In this document: piece by piece, positions 49,650-62,832 of the stretch
How positions within the stretch are numbered: the stretch's first letter is position 1
How the letters are laid out: every line of letters begins with the position of its first letter
Assembly: GCA_964016885.1 (NCBI GenBank)
Contig: OZ024743.1
Location: forward strand, 294,004,001 to 294,068,000
Direction of reading: 5' to 3'
Length of the DNA stretch: 64,000 bases
Source of the DNA: Eledone cirrhosa
Taxonomy: Eukaryota
Notes under the pieces: generated by a model
What the model was told of the DNA's origin: nothing
Database searches by the model: none
What the model saw: only the letters and a program-made list of their open reading frames with translations
Translations under genes and position numbers: made by a program

Positions 49650-52600
49650 TTAGGCCAGAAAGTTTTCATTCGGAAAAGTTAGTAGGAGAAACACCACTAA
49701 GTTCGTTAAGTCTGGATATACCCTTTTCATCAATTCAGCTGGGGAATTCACCATGATAGCAATATGAGTCAAGTTGATATAACCATTCCCATCAATTGGT
49801 ACTTTCCCATTTCCTAATTGGGGGAGTCGGGTTGGAAACTCTTCTGTACATTGATCCCCATGTAATAAAGCTCGCATGTTAGTATTGGAGGAGAATTTCT
49901 GTACTTCATTCCATAAGTGCAAAGACTTAATGCATGCTTTTATTTCATCAGCTCTTGTTCTCCTCAGAATGACTGGTAATGTCTGTTTGAAGTCTCCTGA
50001 TAAACCTAATGTAACTCCTCCCATAGATTTATTGTTGCCTCTTATGTTCTGTAAGGTCTTATCAGAGATTCCATTGCACATCTATGCGACATGGTACATT
50101 CATCCAAATTATCAGATGGCATTGGCGCAACACTTCTGCTGAACCTGAACCTTTGCTTATGTTACAAATCGGATTGTCATTTGTAACCAGGTTTAGCGGT
50201 AATTTAAAAGCAGAATGAGCTGTTCGCCCTGGGAGATGATGCCAGATGATGCTACAGCAACTGCAATTCTTTTTGTTGGCTTACTTTGAAGAGAAGCAAT
50301 GTTGCTACAAATGTTTTACCTGTGCCACCAAGAGCATTAAGAATGAACATTCCTACACTTTTTTTCTCTGACTGACGATATAATTGTATCATATGTACAG
50401 CGTTATTCTGGAAGAAGTTTAGGTTCATGTCATTCACAAATGCAGCCAATTCTGTGATGTCATAATTTATCACTCTTACTATGTCACTCGAAATTAAATC
50501 GCTAATATGACGGTTTGTTTTTGGCATTCCTGAACCAGTTTCTTGCAAATGTTTGCCTCCCATGACTAAAACTTGATCCTCAATTTCAATCAATGCTTGG
50601 TTAAAAAATTTTCAGAGAACTTAATATTGATATCTGTGGTTTCCTGATGAACTACATACTTTAAGTCCTCACAATGTTTCATGTAAAGCTGTAGGGGACT
50701 GCCAAGTTGATACATGTTCAGCATAATTGTAAAAAGGTTACGGAGTTTCCTTGGAGAATCTGACACTGATGCATCAGTCAATGCAAGGTCCCAATTCTCA
50801 TCATTTTCTAAAAAACTTGTTGATAGCATGCTTCCTTATAAGTTTCACACACATGACCATTTACCCTCCTCAAAACTTGGAATGATTTGGGACAACGTAC
50901 TTCATGCAAAAGGAGCCGTAATTAGTAGCATTCTGCTTGGCTTGGGTGGGCACTGTAAACTCTTGCAAGAGGGTCAACCCCACGTTTCCTCTTGTACCAT
51001 TTATTGTTTCTCCAGGTGTAATACTTGGGTAATTCTAGGTAAAGGAGTTTTCCTGCATCTTCATCTTCTTGACCCAACTCAAAAAAAGTAGTAAGGGTAG
51101 TTTCTTTTGGAGAAAGTGCATGTTGCAAGGATGTTTGTTTGTAAAGATAGCCCTTTGGCCATTCTCTTGATGGACCCTCAGATGAATGATGGCTGGGTGC
51201 CTCTCATGAATGGGAAAATTGAAGATGCACCAAAAAGCCTCATTGTTACTGATGTATCTTCCTCTCTCATACTATGCAACTTCGTCATTTTTATTTATCT
51301 ACTGACTGACAATCTGCATAAGAGTAAATGTTGCAGCATCTAAACCTTTGTTTATACATTTGCAAACATACTTAATAGACTTAATAGAGTTGCAGAATTC
51401 AACATTGATATGGGCTTTGAAAGATTTTGTAAGAAGAGGTCAGTAGGGTACAACCCACCGATTGTCAGTTTTTGGGAAGTGAATCCACCATACCCAGGCT
51501 TTCTTCTGCAAAGGGGTTAATCACCTTCTCCAGTTTGGGTTTCTTGTACAGAGGGGCGTGGGTAGTTCTTGGTACACTCATGCATGGAGAAGATAGTTTA
51601 ATTGAACCACAGGGCCCATGAATGATCTGGAACATGACAATTTCATGCAGCAAAGGATCTTGCTGTGGATCAGGCAGTTCAGCTGAGATAAATAAATCAA
51701 TATCATTTGGCCGAAGAATGTGGCCATGTAGCAATCCCCGTTTTTGCCATTCAATTGTATACATGTCACATTTGACTGGTCCAAAGACTTCACCGTTTTT
51801 AGGAGATCCATCAGATTTATGATTTTAAGTCTGAACACCCTAGCTCTAATATCATGGCGATCTTTGGCTTCTTGATGATGATAAAACTCACCCTTTATTT
51901 CATGACATGTTGGTTTACATGTGAATGTAATGAAGAGGTCTTGACGACCAGTGTCTGATATAGGTAAGTGCATCTTGGGTGCGCTTATGCATATACCGTG
52001 GACTTACTGCAAATCTAGATGGAAGAATAACACTAAGCTGTCCGATTTTATCAGCAGCCAATTCTCCTTCATTACTGATTATATCTCTCAGGTGAATGTA
52101 ATCTGATGCACGGAGAGCTTTCTGATGTGTTCTAATGTAAAGAAGCCTTTCTCCTTCGATTTTGCACATATATCAATTTCAAATTGCTGGAAGAGCACCC
52201 GTGAACGATGAAGAATATTGAAGTTTTGTTCTCTTAATATGAAAAGGTATGCATAGAGTTCTATGCAGTTTACTGTTTTTATCAGTACCGGGCTCTTGTT
52301 TTAAAATCTGTTTTTTTTTAATACCAAAGGGAAATACATCTTGGCCAAATACACAGATGAATGGATGGATACTGGAGTTCATTATATGATCGGTGGTTGT
52401 ATTTATCCACTGCATCTTATTTCCTCTTGCTTGTCTCACCCCATACTCGTCGCCTGTAATAATTGCTGCTACTTTATTTGCGGCTTCTGTGTTCAGCAAC
52501 AAGCTTTTGTGTCTGCATATCTTGTATTCAGTGGGTGGTGCAGATTCTAATGATACTTGAAGCTTCTGATTTAGCTATTGTTTGCATGCAACATATCTTA

Positions 52601-53557
52601 CAGATCAGTGATCAATTCTTCTTTCAAATTTGGAAGGTTAAATGACCATTGCAAAGCCTGCTCCTTGTAATTTGCCCAAAAATATAGCTGTGAAAACTGA
52701 GGATTTTTGTCTTCAGTTGGCAACAAAGATCCAATACGATGGTACAGTATATTTGGATTTGAACTTTAAAAGTTGGCTTCATGTTCTCTTCTCTTATAAT
52801 ATTGCTACCAAGTATCTCATTTGGAAGGCAGAATTATAATTCCTAAAGTTTTTCAATAAGTACATGCTCCTTGGTATGTTTCATAAAAAAACCAATGCCT
52901 TCAAAGTATCTGGGCGTGTACCAAACGTCGGTAAAACAGCCGTTCCCCCACCACACCACATAGTGGTGATTTCTCTTTCCTATTTCTTTCCTTTACAAAA
53001 CCTGCACTCTTTTGACATTGCTCCAATATCAATCAATTTCTCTGTAGAATAATGTTTCTGATTATAGTTGAGAGCTGATCTTTTCCAAGTCCCTTTGAAA
53101 GGTGCAACACTTTTGTCAAACGTATTCAGCCTATCTTGATCAAGACGCTTACGTCTTTCTTCTAAGGATTGGCAAAGTTTTGTAGCAACTGTTTGCTCCT
53201 GCTTTATTCTTGTCTAATCTCTCGCTAGCCTAATGTCTCATTGGCAACCCTGGCAGCCTGTCTTTGTCTTGCATCCTTTAAACGTATTTCTTTTGCTTCT
53301 TTTGACTCTTCGTTCCTGAGGGTTGCATTTTGTTGACGTAATTGTTCGAACCGTTTTTTCCCTTGTGACTCATTAGCCCTGCGTGAAGCAGCTCTACTCC
53401 GCTCATTTTCATGTCTTTGCTGTCGATGTGCAGGGGTCTTTAGTGACCTTGCTCTGGCTATCTGGACTAGTCTTTGCTTGACTCTAGAATACTGATCATC
53501 CACATCTACCACATGCTGATTGTTTTTACTTTCTGTGGAACGCCGCACGCACCACAC
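49650..53557 (-). pseudogene. Decayed Helitron RepHel, unit C copy
   Basis: Same ORF fragments at +40221. Confidence 0.9.
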
Positions 53558-53865
53558 ACACAGTCACTCATGTTAATAGTTATTGCTTGCCTTCGCCTCT
53601 TTTTCCACACACATCACACACTCATGTATCTACACTAACACATATACATAAAGTATCCATCATACAGCGTCTCTCTCTCCCTCCCGTTACCCCCTTTCTT
53701 TCAACTTCTCCTATAGAAATTGTTCTCTCTCTGTGTTTCTTTCTCTCTTCTCTCTGTCTTATTCTCAATCTGTGTTTCTCTCGCTCACACATATTCTCTC
53801 TCACCCTCTGCAACTTTTCTTCTCTTTTAGTCTATGACAGTTTCTTTCACCATTTTCTTTCTTTC

Positions 53866-53989
<124 letters not shown>

Positions 53990-54002
53990 GCACACATACA
54001 CA

Positions 54003-54114
<112 letters not shown>

Positions 54115-55271
54115 AGATTAACAAAGGTTTCAATTAAAGCAGTTATTTGATATACGACCGTTTCATTAAAGCAGCTCTTAAGAGTCAATGGCCATCCAAA
54201 ATCACCGGGAGAGATGACCACTTAGCCTTTGTCAAGACAGAATTCTAGGAGATGGAAAACTCTGATATAACACCTGCAACTCTGATGGTATCCTATGATG
54301 TTGACTTGTTCTTCTTTTTGGTAAATATCATCTTGGTTAAGAGAGTGGGACTGGCTTTGTGCAGTGCCTTTGCTCACTATAAAAGCTTCACGGCACAGGC
54401 ATTGCTTTATGTCTGGAGATCTCTCTGCACTTGTCGTCATATGGTACCATGGGCCCAGCACTATGTGTCAATTATTGTCACAAGTGTAGTGTTTGTACCA
54501 GAGTTTTCAAGTCGCTGGCTGGACTAAGAAGTCACACTCGTTCAGCGCATCGGTGGGGGTTCTCCTACATGGATATAAAGTAGTGGCCGTACTCGAAAAC
54601 AAGTTGGCAGCCACCATGTATGTATGTATGTATGTATGTATGTATGTATGTATGTATGTATGTATGTATGTCTTAAGAGCTCCTTTGCCCTTTGACAGGT
54701 TTTGTTTTTAGTCCTGCAGGATGTCCAAAGTCACCCTCCTCACCAAGAAACCTTGGTGGGGTTGCCAGTTTAGTCGCCAACGACCCGAGCATGGCCATCC
54801 AAAATCATCGGGAGAGATGACCCCTTAGCCTTTGTCAAGGCAGAATTCTAGGAGAAGGAAAACTCTGATCTAACACTTGTAACCCTGATGGTATCCAATG
54901 ATGTTGACTTGTTCTACTTTTTGGTAAATATCATCTTGGTTAAGAGAGTGGGACTGGCTTTGTGCAGTGCCTTTGCTTACTATAAAAGCTTCACGGCACA
55001 GGCATTGCTTTGTATCTGTAGATCTCTCTGCACTTGTCGTCACATGGTACCATGGGCCCAGCACTGTGTCAATAATTGTCACAAGTGTAGTGTTTGTATC
55101 AGAGTTTTCAAGTCGCTGGCTGGACCAAAAAGTCACACTCGTTAAGCGCATCGGTAGGGGTTCTCCTACATGGATATAAAGTAGTGGCCGTACTCGAAAA
55201 CGAGTTGGCAGCCACCATGTATGTATGTATGTGTGTGTACGCACACACAACACAGATACACACACACACAA

Positions 55272-57198
55272 CAGTGGCGAAGGGTAACCTGGAAAGCAGG
55301 GCATGCGGTCCAATCGCCATGGTGGAAAGTGGGGTTGTGCAGCCCCGCCCCCCCAATTCGCAAAATTATTCAGTCCTCTCCACCATTTGTAAATGTGATG
55401 TGAGCTAATTTTAATGAGAAAATGCCCGTCTACCAACAGAATAATCTTCAGTCTTGATACTCCCCTCCACTAAACATGATGTCTCCGCATTAATAACAAC
55501 CTTTTTTGTAGAATCGAAAACAGAATTTCTGCCCCATACAATATGGTTTCAAAAACTACTAACAGAAATCTAAATTGAAAATCTTCGAGGATTGCAACAA
55601 ATCCTCTTCTCAGTGCTAATTCTGAAGCATTCCAATCCTCTGGACTTTCTAATATTGTTGAAAATAACTCAGAAAACATAGTAATTTTATTGGATGAAAT
55701 AGATACCCGTCGAAATGAATAATTTCAACGCGTCTCAGGTAATTTTGGAAATCGCCTTCCAATTATTTCATCCCATAGAGCTATTCGAGTTGTTGATTTA
55801 GACATAAAAGATGAAATTCCTTTTAAAGTTTGAAAGAAAATTCGACATTCACGAATAATTGAAACTTAACGAATTTTCGAACGATGCAGCTCTTCTATCT
55901 TTACTAACATCGATGTATCCCAAAAACTTTTCTTGAGGCTGTTCTTTCTCATCTACAAATCGCAAAACGCGTGATAATTGAGATATCATTCGACAATCCG
56001 TCGTCTCATCAAACATAACAGCAACAAAGGATGTTTTTTCGATCATTGCTTTAATTTCCCATATAATTGTAGCAGCTATACAATTAATGATCTCGTTTCA
56101 CTTGAAAGTCCAGAAAATATACAGTTAGCATTTTTCTTCACGAAATCTAAATGCGATCTTAAACAATCATCGTATTCCGCTATTGCTTCACATATAGCCA
56201 AAAAGTTACCCTCATTGTTTGAGTCTTCTGTTTCATCGTGTCCTCGAAATGAAAATTCTTGACAGGCCAAAATTTCAACACAATGAATTCATCTTTTCAA
56301 TATATCACGATTTTTCTCAACAGTTCTATTATGCAACAGAATCGAAGCTGCTTTCCAGTGATCGATCTCTGTATCAATTCGATGTCGACCAAAGGTTTTC
56401 AGAGCAATTACGGTTCTGAGATTTTTTGTGTGGTTGTCCATGTATTACTATGGTGACAAAACAACAGACATAGGAAACAGAACAATTTGTTCAGAATGGG
56501 ACATCCCGCCATCCACTCATATTGTTTATAATATTTGGAATCAAAATAACGATAACATTCCTTGCCGCTCACTTTCGTATTTGTCTTAATTTCAAGCTTA
56601 GGTTTCTCTCTTCAAAGCTTCTTGATGCAAAAGATCGAGAAAGTAGAGAAGAAACTGAACTAATTGATTCTTTTGCCATCATGTGAATGAATGAAAATGT
56701 GGAAAATGTAATTTTTTCGTAACTTAAAAAAAAATAATTTGATATATTTTAAATTAAAATTTAAATCATTGGAATGAATAAGTGATTGAAAGATTTACCT
56801 ATTCAATCAGGAAAATCCCCCAGCTAAGGCGTCACGTGTATATTCTAGAATCATCGCTGAAATAAGTGGCCGGTTTTACCACTTCCCGTTTGGACCTCGT
56901 GTCGTTGACGCATGCACGCCCCTCTAAATGAGCCTTCCGGTTAAAGCCGCATGTAGTGTTATCTAGTGTGTGTGTTGTGTGTGTGTTATCTTTTTATGTG
57001 TCTACGATTTAGTAAGCAGCTAAAATTCTGCTTTCCCCTAAGCTGTCGTGTGTTTGTGTGGATGTTTTTGTGTGTATGTGTGTGTGTGTGTTTTATCTTT
57101 TTTTGTGTCTATACGTTTTAGTAAGCAGACAAAATTCTGCTTGCCTCAACCGACGCAATTGATCAACTCAAGATTCTATAACGGACCCTTCGCCCCTG
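55272..57198 (-). mobile_element. hAT DNA transposon, internally deleted and decayed
   Basis: TIRs CAGTGGCGAAGGGT (55272) and ACCCTTCGCCCCTG (57185-57198) match 13/14; subterminal tandem repeats at ~56965-57150; sits in (CA)n so the TSD is ambiguous. Confidence 0.88.
55470..56679 (-). pseudogene. hAT transposase pseudogene (ZMYM1/DUF4371-like)
   Basis: Fragments LFCFLCLLF (TTF-type ZnF), FRGHDETEDSNNEGNFLAI, VMFDETTD, SQLSRVLRFVD, FQFRFLLVVFETIL..ILQK, broken by frameshifts. Confidence 0.85.
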
Positions 57199-57667
57199 AC
57201 AGACACACACACACATAATATATATATATATATATATATATGCATAGATACTAGAAGTTTTGGTAAACTATCTGCTTTACTCTTATAAACACATGGATAC
57301 ATTTACAAACGCATTGATATCACATGTATATATTGCCATATATGGAATGCATCCCTTCTAGTATAATCACTTTTATCTATACAAGATCATATATACACCC
57401 ACAGAGACAAAACCATGTAAACGTCACGGTTGTATAGCTACTTCTTAACATATGTACATTTGAAGATACGTATAGACTTTTTAAACAAGAGATATACAGG
57501 AATATATCTACCTGTTTACAGTTTTGGAAGTATTAAGTATAAGATTTCCAACACAGTCTAACATAGACAGCAGATGTATGTCTATATATGTATATGTGGA
57601 CATGTATGGAACGCGCGCACACATATATATAATATATATGATTAATACATATATATATATACATATA

Positions 57668-57749
57668 TAGGGTGTCCAAAAATGTATACACACAGGAAAT
57701 ATTTATTAGAATGCTGTTGAAGTGTATATACATTTCTTTGGGACACCTG
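57668..57749. mobile_element. Tiny Tc1/mariner-like MITE (~82 bp)
   Basis: Imperfect TIRs AGGGTGTCCAAAAATGTATACAC / GTGTATATACATTTCTTTGGGACACCTG with TA on the left. Confidence 0.55.
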
Positions 57750-57809
57750 CTTAAATATATTCATAATATATATAAATCTATATGAGTATAATATATATAA
57801 CTCTCTTCA

Positions 57810-57894
<85 letters not shown>

Positions 57895-57896
57895 GC

Positions 57897-57943
<47 letters not shown>

Positions 57944-58040
57944 AAAAATGGAGTGCTGCGTGGCTGCACATGGGTTACATATGAATACAATTAGTCCTTC
58001 ATCAGTGATCTTCCAACCTTCATTGGTATTTCATCGCTTG

Positions 58041-58071
<31 letters not shown>

Positions 58072-58096
58072 CATACATATATACGCATATAAAATA

Positions 58097-58154
<58 letters not shown>

Positions 58155-58599
58155 CGTGATATTCATATATAATAAACACACACACACAGACACATGTATT
58201 TCAGTAGATACTCATGTTAAGGTATACACTGTTGCAACAATGTCAGTAGTTTGTGGAAATCTATAGACCTACTGTGATTTTTATAGTTATGCGTGATTGG
58301 ACCGGAAATGTAAACCACGTTATCTTGAAAGTTCAATCCAGTTTAAACAAAGGTAGACACAAACACACACATATACATGACATCACAGAGATACAAGCTC
58401 TTGTTTTCATTGATAGTAACACAAACACATGCATATGAACTACTACACATACACATATTTGGGAACGTATTCACTAAAACATCCAACCCAAAACACACAC
58501 ACTAGCATGCACGCGAACACACACAAGCACACATAAACGTACGCGCGCACACCGACACGCATTTGCACATAGTCCTCTTCCATCCCCATACACACACAC

Positions 58600-58701
<102 letters not shown>

Positions 58702-59088
58702 ATATATATATATTCAACTGAAGAAAGTTGGTTGATTGAAAATCTGCAAACTTTTTCTTAACATATGTAAAACCCTCCACGATTTTTGATCATCCAGAGT
58801 TTTATTATAAACAAGAACGATGGTTTCATTTATATATCCATATTTATGTTGTTATATGTATTCCAGAGACAAGGCATAAATAGGGATGTACAAATGAAAC
58901 CGTCTTCCTTGGTTATCATTATATATATATATATGTATATGTAAATTTATATTCCTGCTCTGTAAAACATCTGATGTATTTACATTGAGTTATTTTTCTT
59001 ACTGGTAATAAGGTATTAATGAATTACTGACCTTTCCTGCTTATAATTACATATAGTCTATATATAAGTATAAATAATATTATTATTA

Positions 59089-59223
<135 letters not shown>

Positions 59224-59284
59224 GAAGTAATTCCGTCAGAAAGGTCCAGGAAAAAAGAGTGCTCTATGTAGGTTACAGAGCTTA

Positions 59285-59496
59285 TTAGTTATGTAATAAA
59301 CAACATAAGATAATTATTTCATTTACCAGTGGTTTCTTGAAAGCAAACCAAATTTGCTTTCAGTAATCAGAATGAAAAAATCCTGGTGTCACACCAGGAT
59401 TTTATTAATTCTGATGACTGAAAGCAAATTTTGTTTGCTTTCAAGAAACCACTGGTAAAATAAATAATTATCTCATGTTGTTTATTAAATAACTAA

Positions 59497-59497
<1 letters not shown>
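59285..59497. repeat. ~210-bp near-perfect palindrome
   Basis: Centre ATCCTGGTGT-C-ACACCAGGAT; arms TTTACCAGTGGTTTCTTGAAAGCAAAC / GTTTGCTTTCAAGAAACCACTGGTAAA. Confidence 0.92.
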
Positions 59498-59574
<77 letters not shown>

Positions 59575-59601
59575 TAACTCGTGTGCTTCCTCTCCACATT
59601 G

Positions 59602-59816
59602 TATTATTATTATTATTACAGTTGCATTTATCTTGCTTTATGTTCATACGAGTTATCACCAAGTCACAACCAGTGACCTCAAGAGACAACAAGGTCCGCC
59701 ATGTTCAAGAAAGAACATACATACTCACACATGCATCTTTAGTGTTTAGACTTGTGATGTACTTATATTGACAGAATCTTCCTTAGTATATGGGAAGTTC
59801 CCATTAGTACTATCTT

Positions 59817-59818
<2 letters not shown>
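59602..59818 (-). mobile_element. R4/Dong-type element family 1, severely 5'-truncated copy with (TAA)n tail
   Basis: Matches the 3'UTR and last codons of the 60732-62786 element. Confidence 0.88.
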
Positions 59819-59865
<47 letters not shown>

Positions 59866-60117
59866 GTTGTTATTCCTTGAATCTCAGTCATTGATGTTGG
59901 TTAACTGGAAAGTCCGTTGGATTGAATATCAAGCCACTACCTGCAGCCTCAGATATTCAGGACGTATCGGAGGGTTCTTGCTGTTCCAAGCAAGCATGCC
60001 TTTTGAAGCGTTCCAAAAAGCGTGAAGGGGCCGATTTTCTTTAACCATCCCTGGAAACTTTTGGAGATAGTCCCCAGTGCGCCTATGACAATCGGGATCA
60101 CTTTGACTTCATGGCAG
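59819..60117 (-). mobile_element. R4/Dong-type element family 2, 3' fragment with (TAA)n tail
   Basis: Minus strand 60116-59949 reads CHEVKVIPIVIGALGTISKSFQGWLKKIGPFTLFGTLQKACLLGTARTLRYVLNI*, homologous to the family 1 C-terminus but with a different 3'UTR. Confidence 0.82.
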
Positions 60118-60497
60118 TATTATTATTATTATTATTTGCATTTATCTTGCTTTATGTTTATACGAGTTATCACCAAGTCACAACCAGTGACCTCAAGGGA
60201 CAACAAGGTCCGCCATGTTCAAGAAAGAACACACATATTCACACATGCATCCTTAGTGTTTAGACTTGTGATGTACTTATATTGACAGGATCTTCCTTAG
60301 TATATGGGCAGTTCCCATTAGTACTATCTTTTGTATTTCTCCTATACGCGGGTTTCCTGGGATTTGCGATAAGTAGTTTTTAGACCCCTTAGGTATCATT
60401 CCCAGAGCGCCTACAACCACTGGTATTGTTTTAGTTCTCAATTTCCACATTTTTCCAATTTCTATCTCCAGGTCCTTATACTTGCTCAATTTTTCAA
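60118..60497 (-). mobile_element. R4/Dong-type element family 1, 5'-truncated copy
   Basis: 70-aa ORF 60277-60489 nearly identical to the C-terminus of 60732-62786; same 3'UTR. Confidence 0.9.
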
Positions 60498-60588
<91 letters not shown>

Positions 60589-62832
60589 GTTTGCATTTAT
60601 CTTGCTTTATGTTTATACGAGTTATCACCAAGTCACAACCAGTGACCTCAAGAGACAACAAGGTCCGCCATGTTCAAGAAAGAACACACATATTCACACA
60701 TGCATCCTTAGTGTTTAGACTTGTGATGTACTTATATTGACAGGATCTTCCTTAGTATATGGGCAGTTCCCATTAGTACTATCTTTTGTATTTCTCCTAT
60801 ACGCGGGTTTCCTGGGATTTGCGATAAGTAGTCGTTAGACCCCTTAGGTATCATTCCCAGAGCGCCTACAACCACTGGTATTGTTTTAGTTCTCAATTTC
60901 CACATTTTTCCAATTTCTATCTCCAGGTCCTTATACTTGCTCAATTTTTCAAATGTTTTTATAGATACATTCTTGTCTATTGGAACAGACATATCAATTA
61001 GCAGGCATACCCTCCTTTGAAAGTCCTTCAATATTATATCAGGTCTATTTGCATCTATTTTTCGGTCTGTTTGGATGCTAAAGTTCCACAAGATTGAGAT
61101 GTGATCTTTTTCAAGTATGGGAGGTGGTTGATGCTCCCACCAATTCTTTTGATGGGGCAGGTCAAAATGCTTACACATTATCCAATGTATGTATTGTGCA
61201 GCTCTGTCATGCCTGTTTAGGTATTCGGTTGGAGCTATAGGACTGCACATTGAAATTATATGGTCAATGGTCTCTGGTTGTTTTTTGCATACACGGCATA
61301 ATGGGCTGCACCCATTTTTTGTTATGTTGGCTTGGTAATTTTTTGTTGGCAGACACTGATCTTGTGCGGAGATAATCAGTCCTTCAGTCTCCGATTTCAG
61401 TCCAGAGGATGCCAACCACTGATGGGTTAAAGTTTTGTCAACATCAGGATTGTTAGCTCGCTCTGGGTATTTTCCATACAGAGGCTTTTCTTGCCATTTC
61501 TTAGCCAGTTTCTGTAGCAGTTCTTTCTTTGCAGTTACTTTTACCTGCTTTGCTTTTTCTGTGTTTTCCATTTCAGCAGTAAATGGGACTTCTAAAATTT
61601 GTAGTCCATTACTGTATCTTTGTGCATCTTTTGTAATGGAATATGATCTTTTGGTGCTTTCGTGTTTCAAAACGAGTTTGATCATCCAATCATGTGATTC
61701 CCTTAGATATGTGGATAATCCAAGTGTTGCAGTTTTCAACGCAATGTCTAACTGGATTAACCCACGTCCTCCTTCTTTCCTAGGGAGATATATTCTATCT
61801 ATGTCTGCCTTAGGGTGATGCATTCTGTGCATGGTTAAGAATTTTCGGATTTTTGTATCGAGCCTACGGATCTCTGTGCTTGACCAGTTGATGACATTGT
61901 AACTGTAGGTTACTACTGGTATGGCAAGCGTGTTTATGGCATCGATCCTATTCCTTGCATTCAATTCCGTTCTTAAGATTGCTCTGACTCTGCGGTAACA
62001 TTCCTTCCTTATCCTTTCCCTCATTGTCGAGTGCTTGATTCCGTCTCCTTCACAAACACCTAGATATTTGTAAGTTTGTTCTTGATCAAGCTCTCTTATC
62101 ACGTTCCCCCGATCAAGATTAATGTCTGAACTCTTCAGCAGCTTTCCTCTGGTGAACGTTGCTTTGGCGCATTTATCCAGTCCAAACTCCATTTTAATGT
62201 CATCACTGAACTGCTTCACAGTGGATAATAGCCCTTGCAATTGTTCATCATTTTTTGCGAATAGTTTCAGGTCATCCATGTAGAACAGGTGATTAATGGT
62301 TTTGTCATAGACTCTATATCCATGTTTTGTTTCATTGAGCATTTTACTTAATGGTATAAGTGCGATGCAGAATAAAAGCGGTGATAAAGAGTCACCCTGA
62401 AAAATTCCACAATTAATGTTAACTTCTCCAGCTTCCAGTGATTTTGTTTCACTATTCAAAAGGAGTGTCGTTCTCCATGTCCTCATACTGAATGACAAAA
62501 ACCTCCTGACAACGGGGGATATTTTGAAAATCTCTAAACATTTTTCAATCCAACTGTGTGGCAAACTATCAAATGCTTTTTTATAATCTATCCAAGCAAT
62601 CGATAGATTTTTGTGTCTATTATGACAATCTTCCAGTATCATTTTGTTAACCAGAAGCTGATCTTTACAGCCATATGAGCCTCGTTTACACCCTTTCTGC
62701 TCAATGGGAAATAGGTCATTTGTTATCAGGTGGTCATATGTGTATTCAGTTAGGACTGATGTTAAAATTTTATACATTGTGGTCAAGCAGGTTATCGGTC
62801 TGTAATTTTTGGGATTGTTTGTCTCATCATTC
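60498..62832 (-). mobile_element. R4/Dong-type RLE non-LTR retrotransposon family 1, 5'-truncated, with long (TAA)n tail
   Basis: Tail at 60498-60588; coding begins abruptly at NDETNNPKNYRPITCL. Confidence 0.92.
60732..62786 (-). CDS. Reverse transcriptase + CCHC finger + restriction-like endonuclease (partial, uninterrupted 684 aa)
   Basis: IDYKKAFD, FQGDSLSP, FYMDD, GGRGL, CRVC..ETIDHIISMC, RHD, RPDI..IDMSVP, KLSKYKDL. Confidence 0.93.
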   Translation of the reverse strand: MTTMYKILTSVLTEYTYDHLITNDLFPIEQKGCKRGSYGCKDQLLVNKMILEDCHNRHKNLSIAWIDYKKAFDSLPHSWIEKCLEIFKISPVVRRFLSFSMRTWRTTLLLNSETKSLEAGEVNINCGIFQGDSLSPLLFCIALIPLSKMLNETKHGYRVYDKTINHLFYMDDLKLFAKNDEQLQGLLSTVKQFSDDIKMEFGLDKCAKATFTRGKLLKSSDINLDRGNVIRELDQEQTYKYLGVCEGDGIKHSTMRERIRKECYRRVRAILRTELNARNRIDAINTLAIPVVTYSYNVINWSSTEIRRLDTKIRKFLTMHRMHHPKADIDRIYLPRKEGGRGLIQLDIALKTATLGLSTYLRESHDWMIKLVLKHESTKRSYSITKDAQRYSNGLQILEVPFTAEMENTEKAKQVKVTAKKELLQKLAKKWQEKPLYGKYPERANNPDVDKTLTHQWLASSGLKSETEGLIISAQDQCLPTKNYQANITKNGCSPLCRVCKKQPETIDHIISMCSPIAPTEYLNRHDRAAQYIHWIMCKHFDLPHQKNWWEHQPPPILEKDHISILWNFSIQTDRKIDANRPDIILKDFQRRVCLLIDMSVPIDKNVSIKTFEKLSKYKDLEIEIGKMWKLRTKTIPVVVGALGMIPKGSNDYLSQIPGNPRIGEIQKIVLMGTAHILRKILSI

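Noticed and set aside
54870-55436. 188-aa minus-strand ORF specific to unit C
   Set aside because: Created by one substitution removing a stop; spans an RTE derivative, a microsatellite and the hAT end
55264-57206. 8-bp hAT target-site duplication
   Set aside because: ACACACAA versus ACAGACAC matches 6/8 inside (CA)n; uninformative
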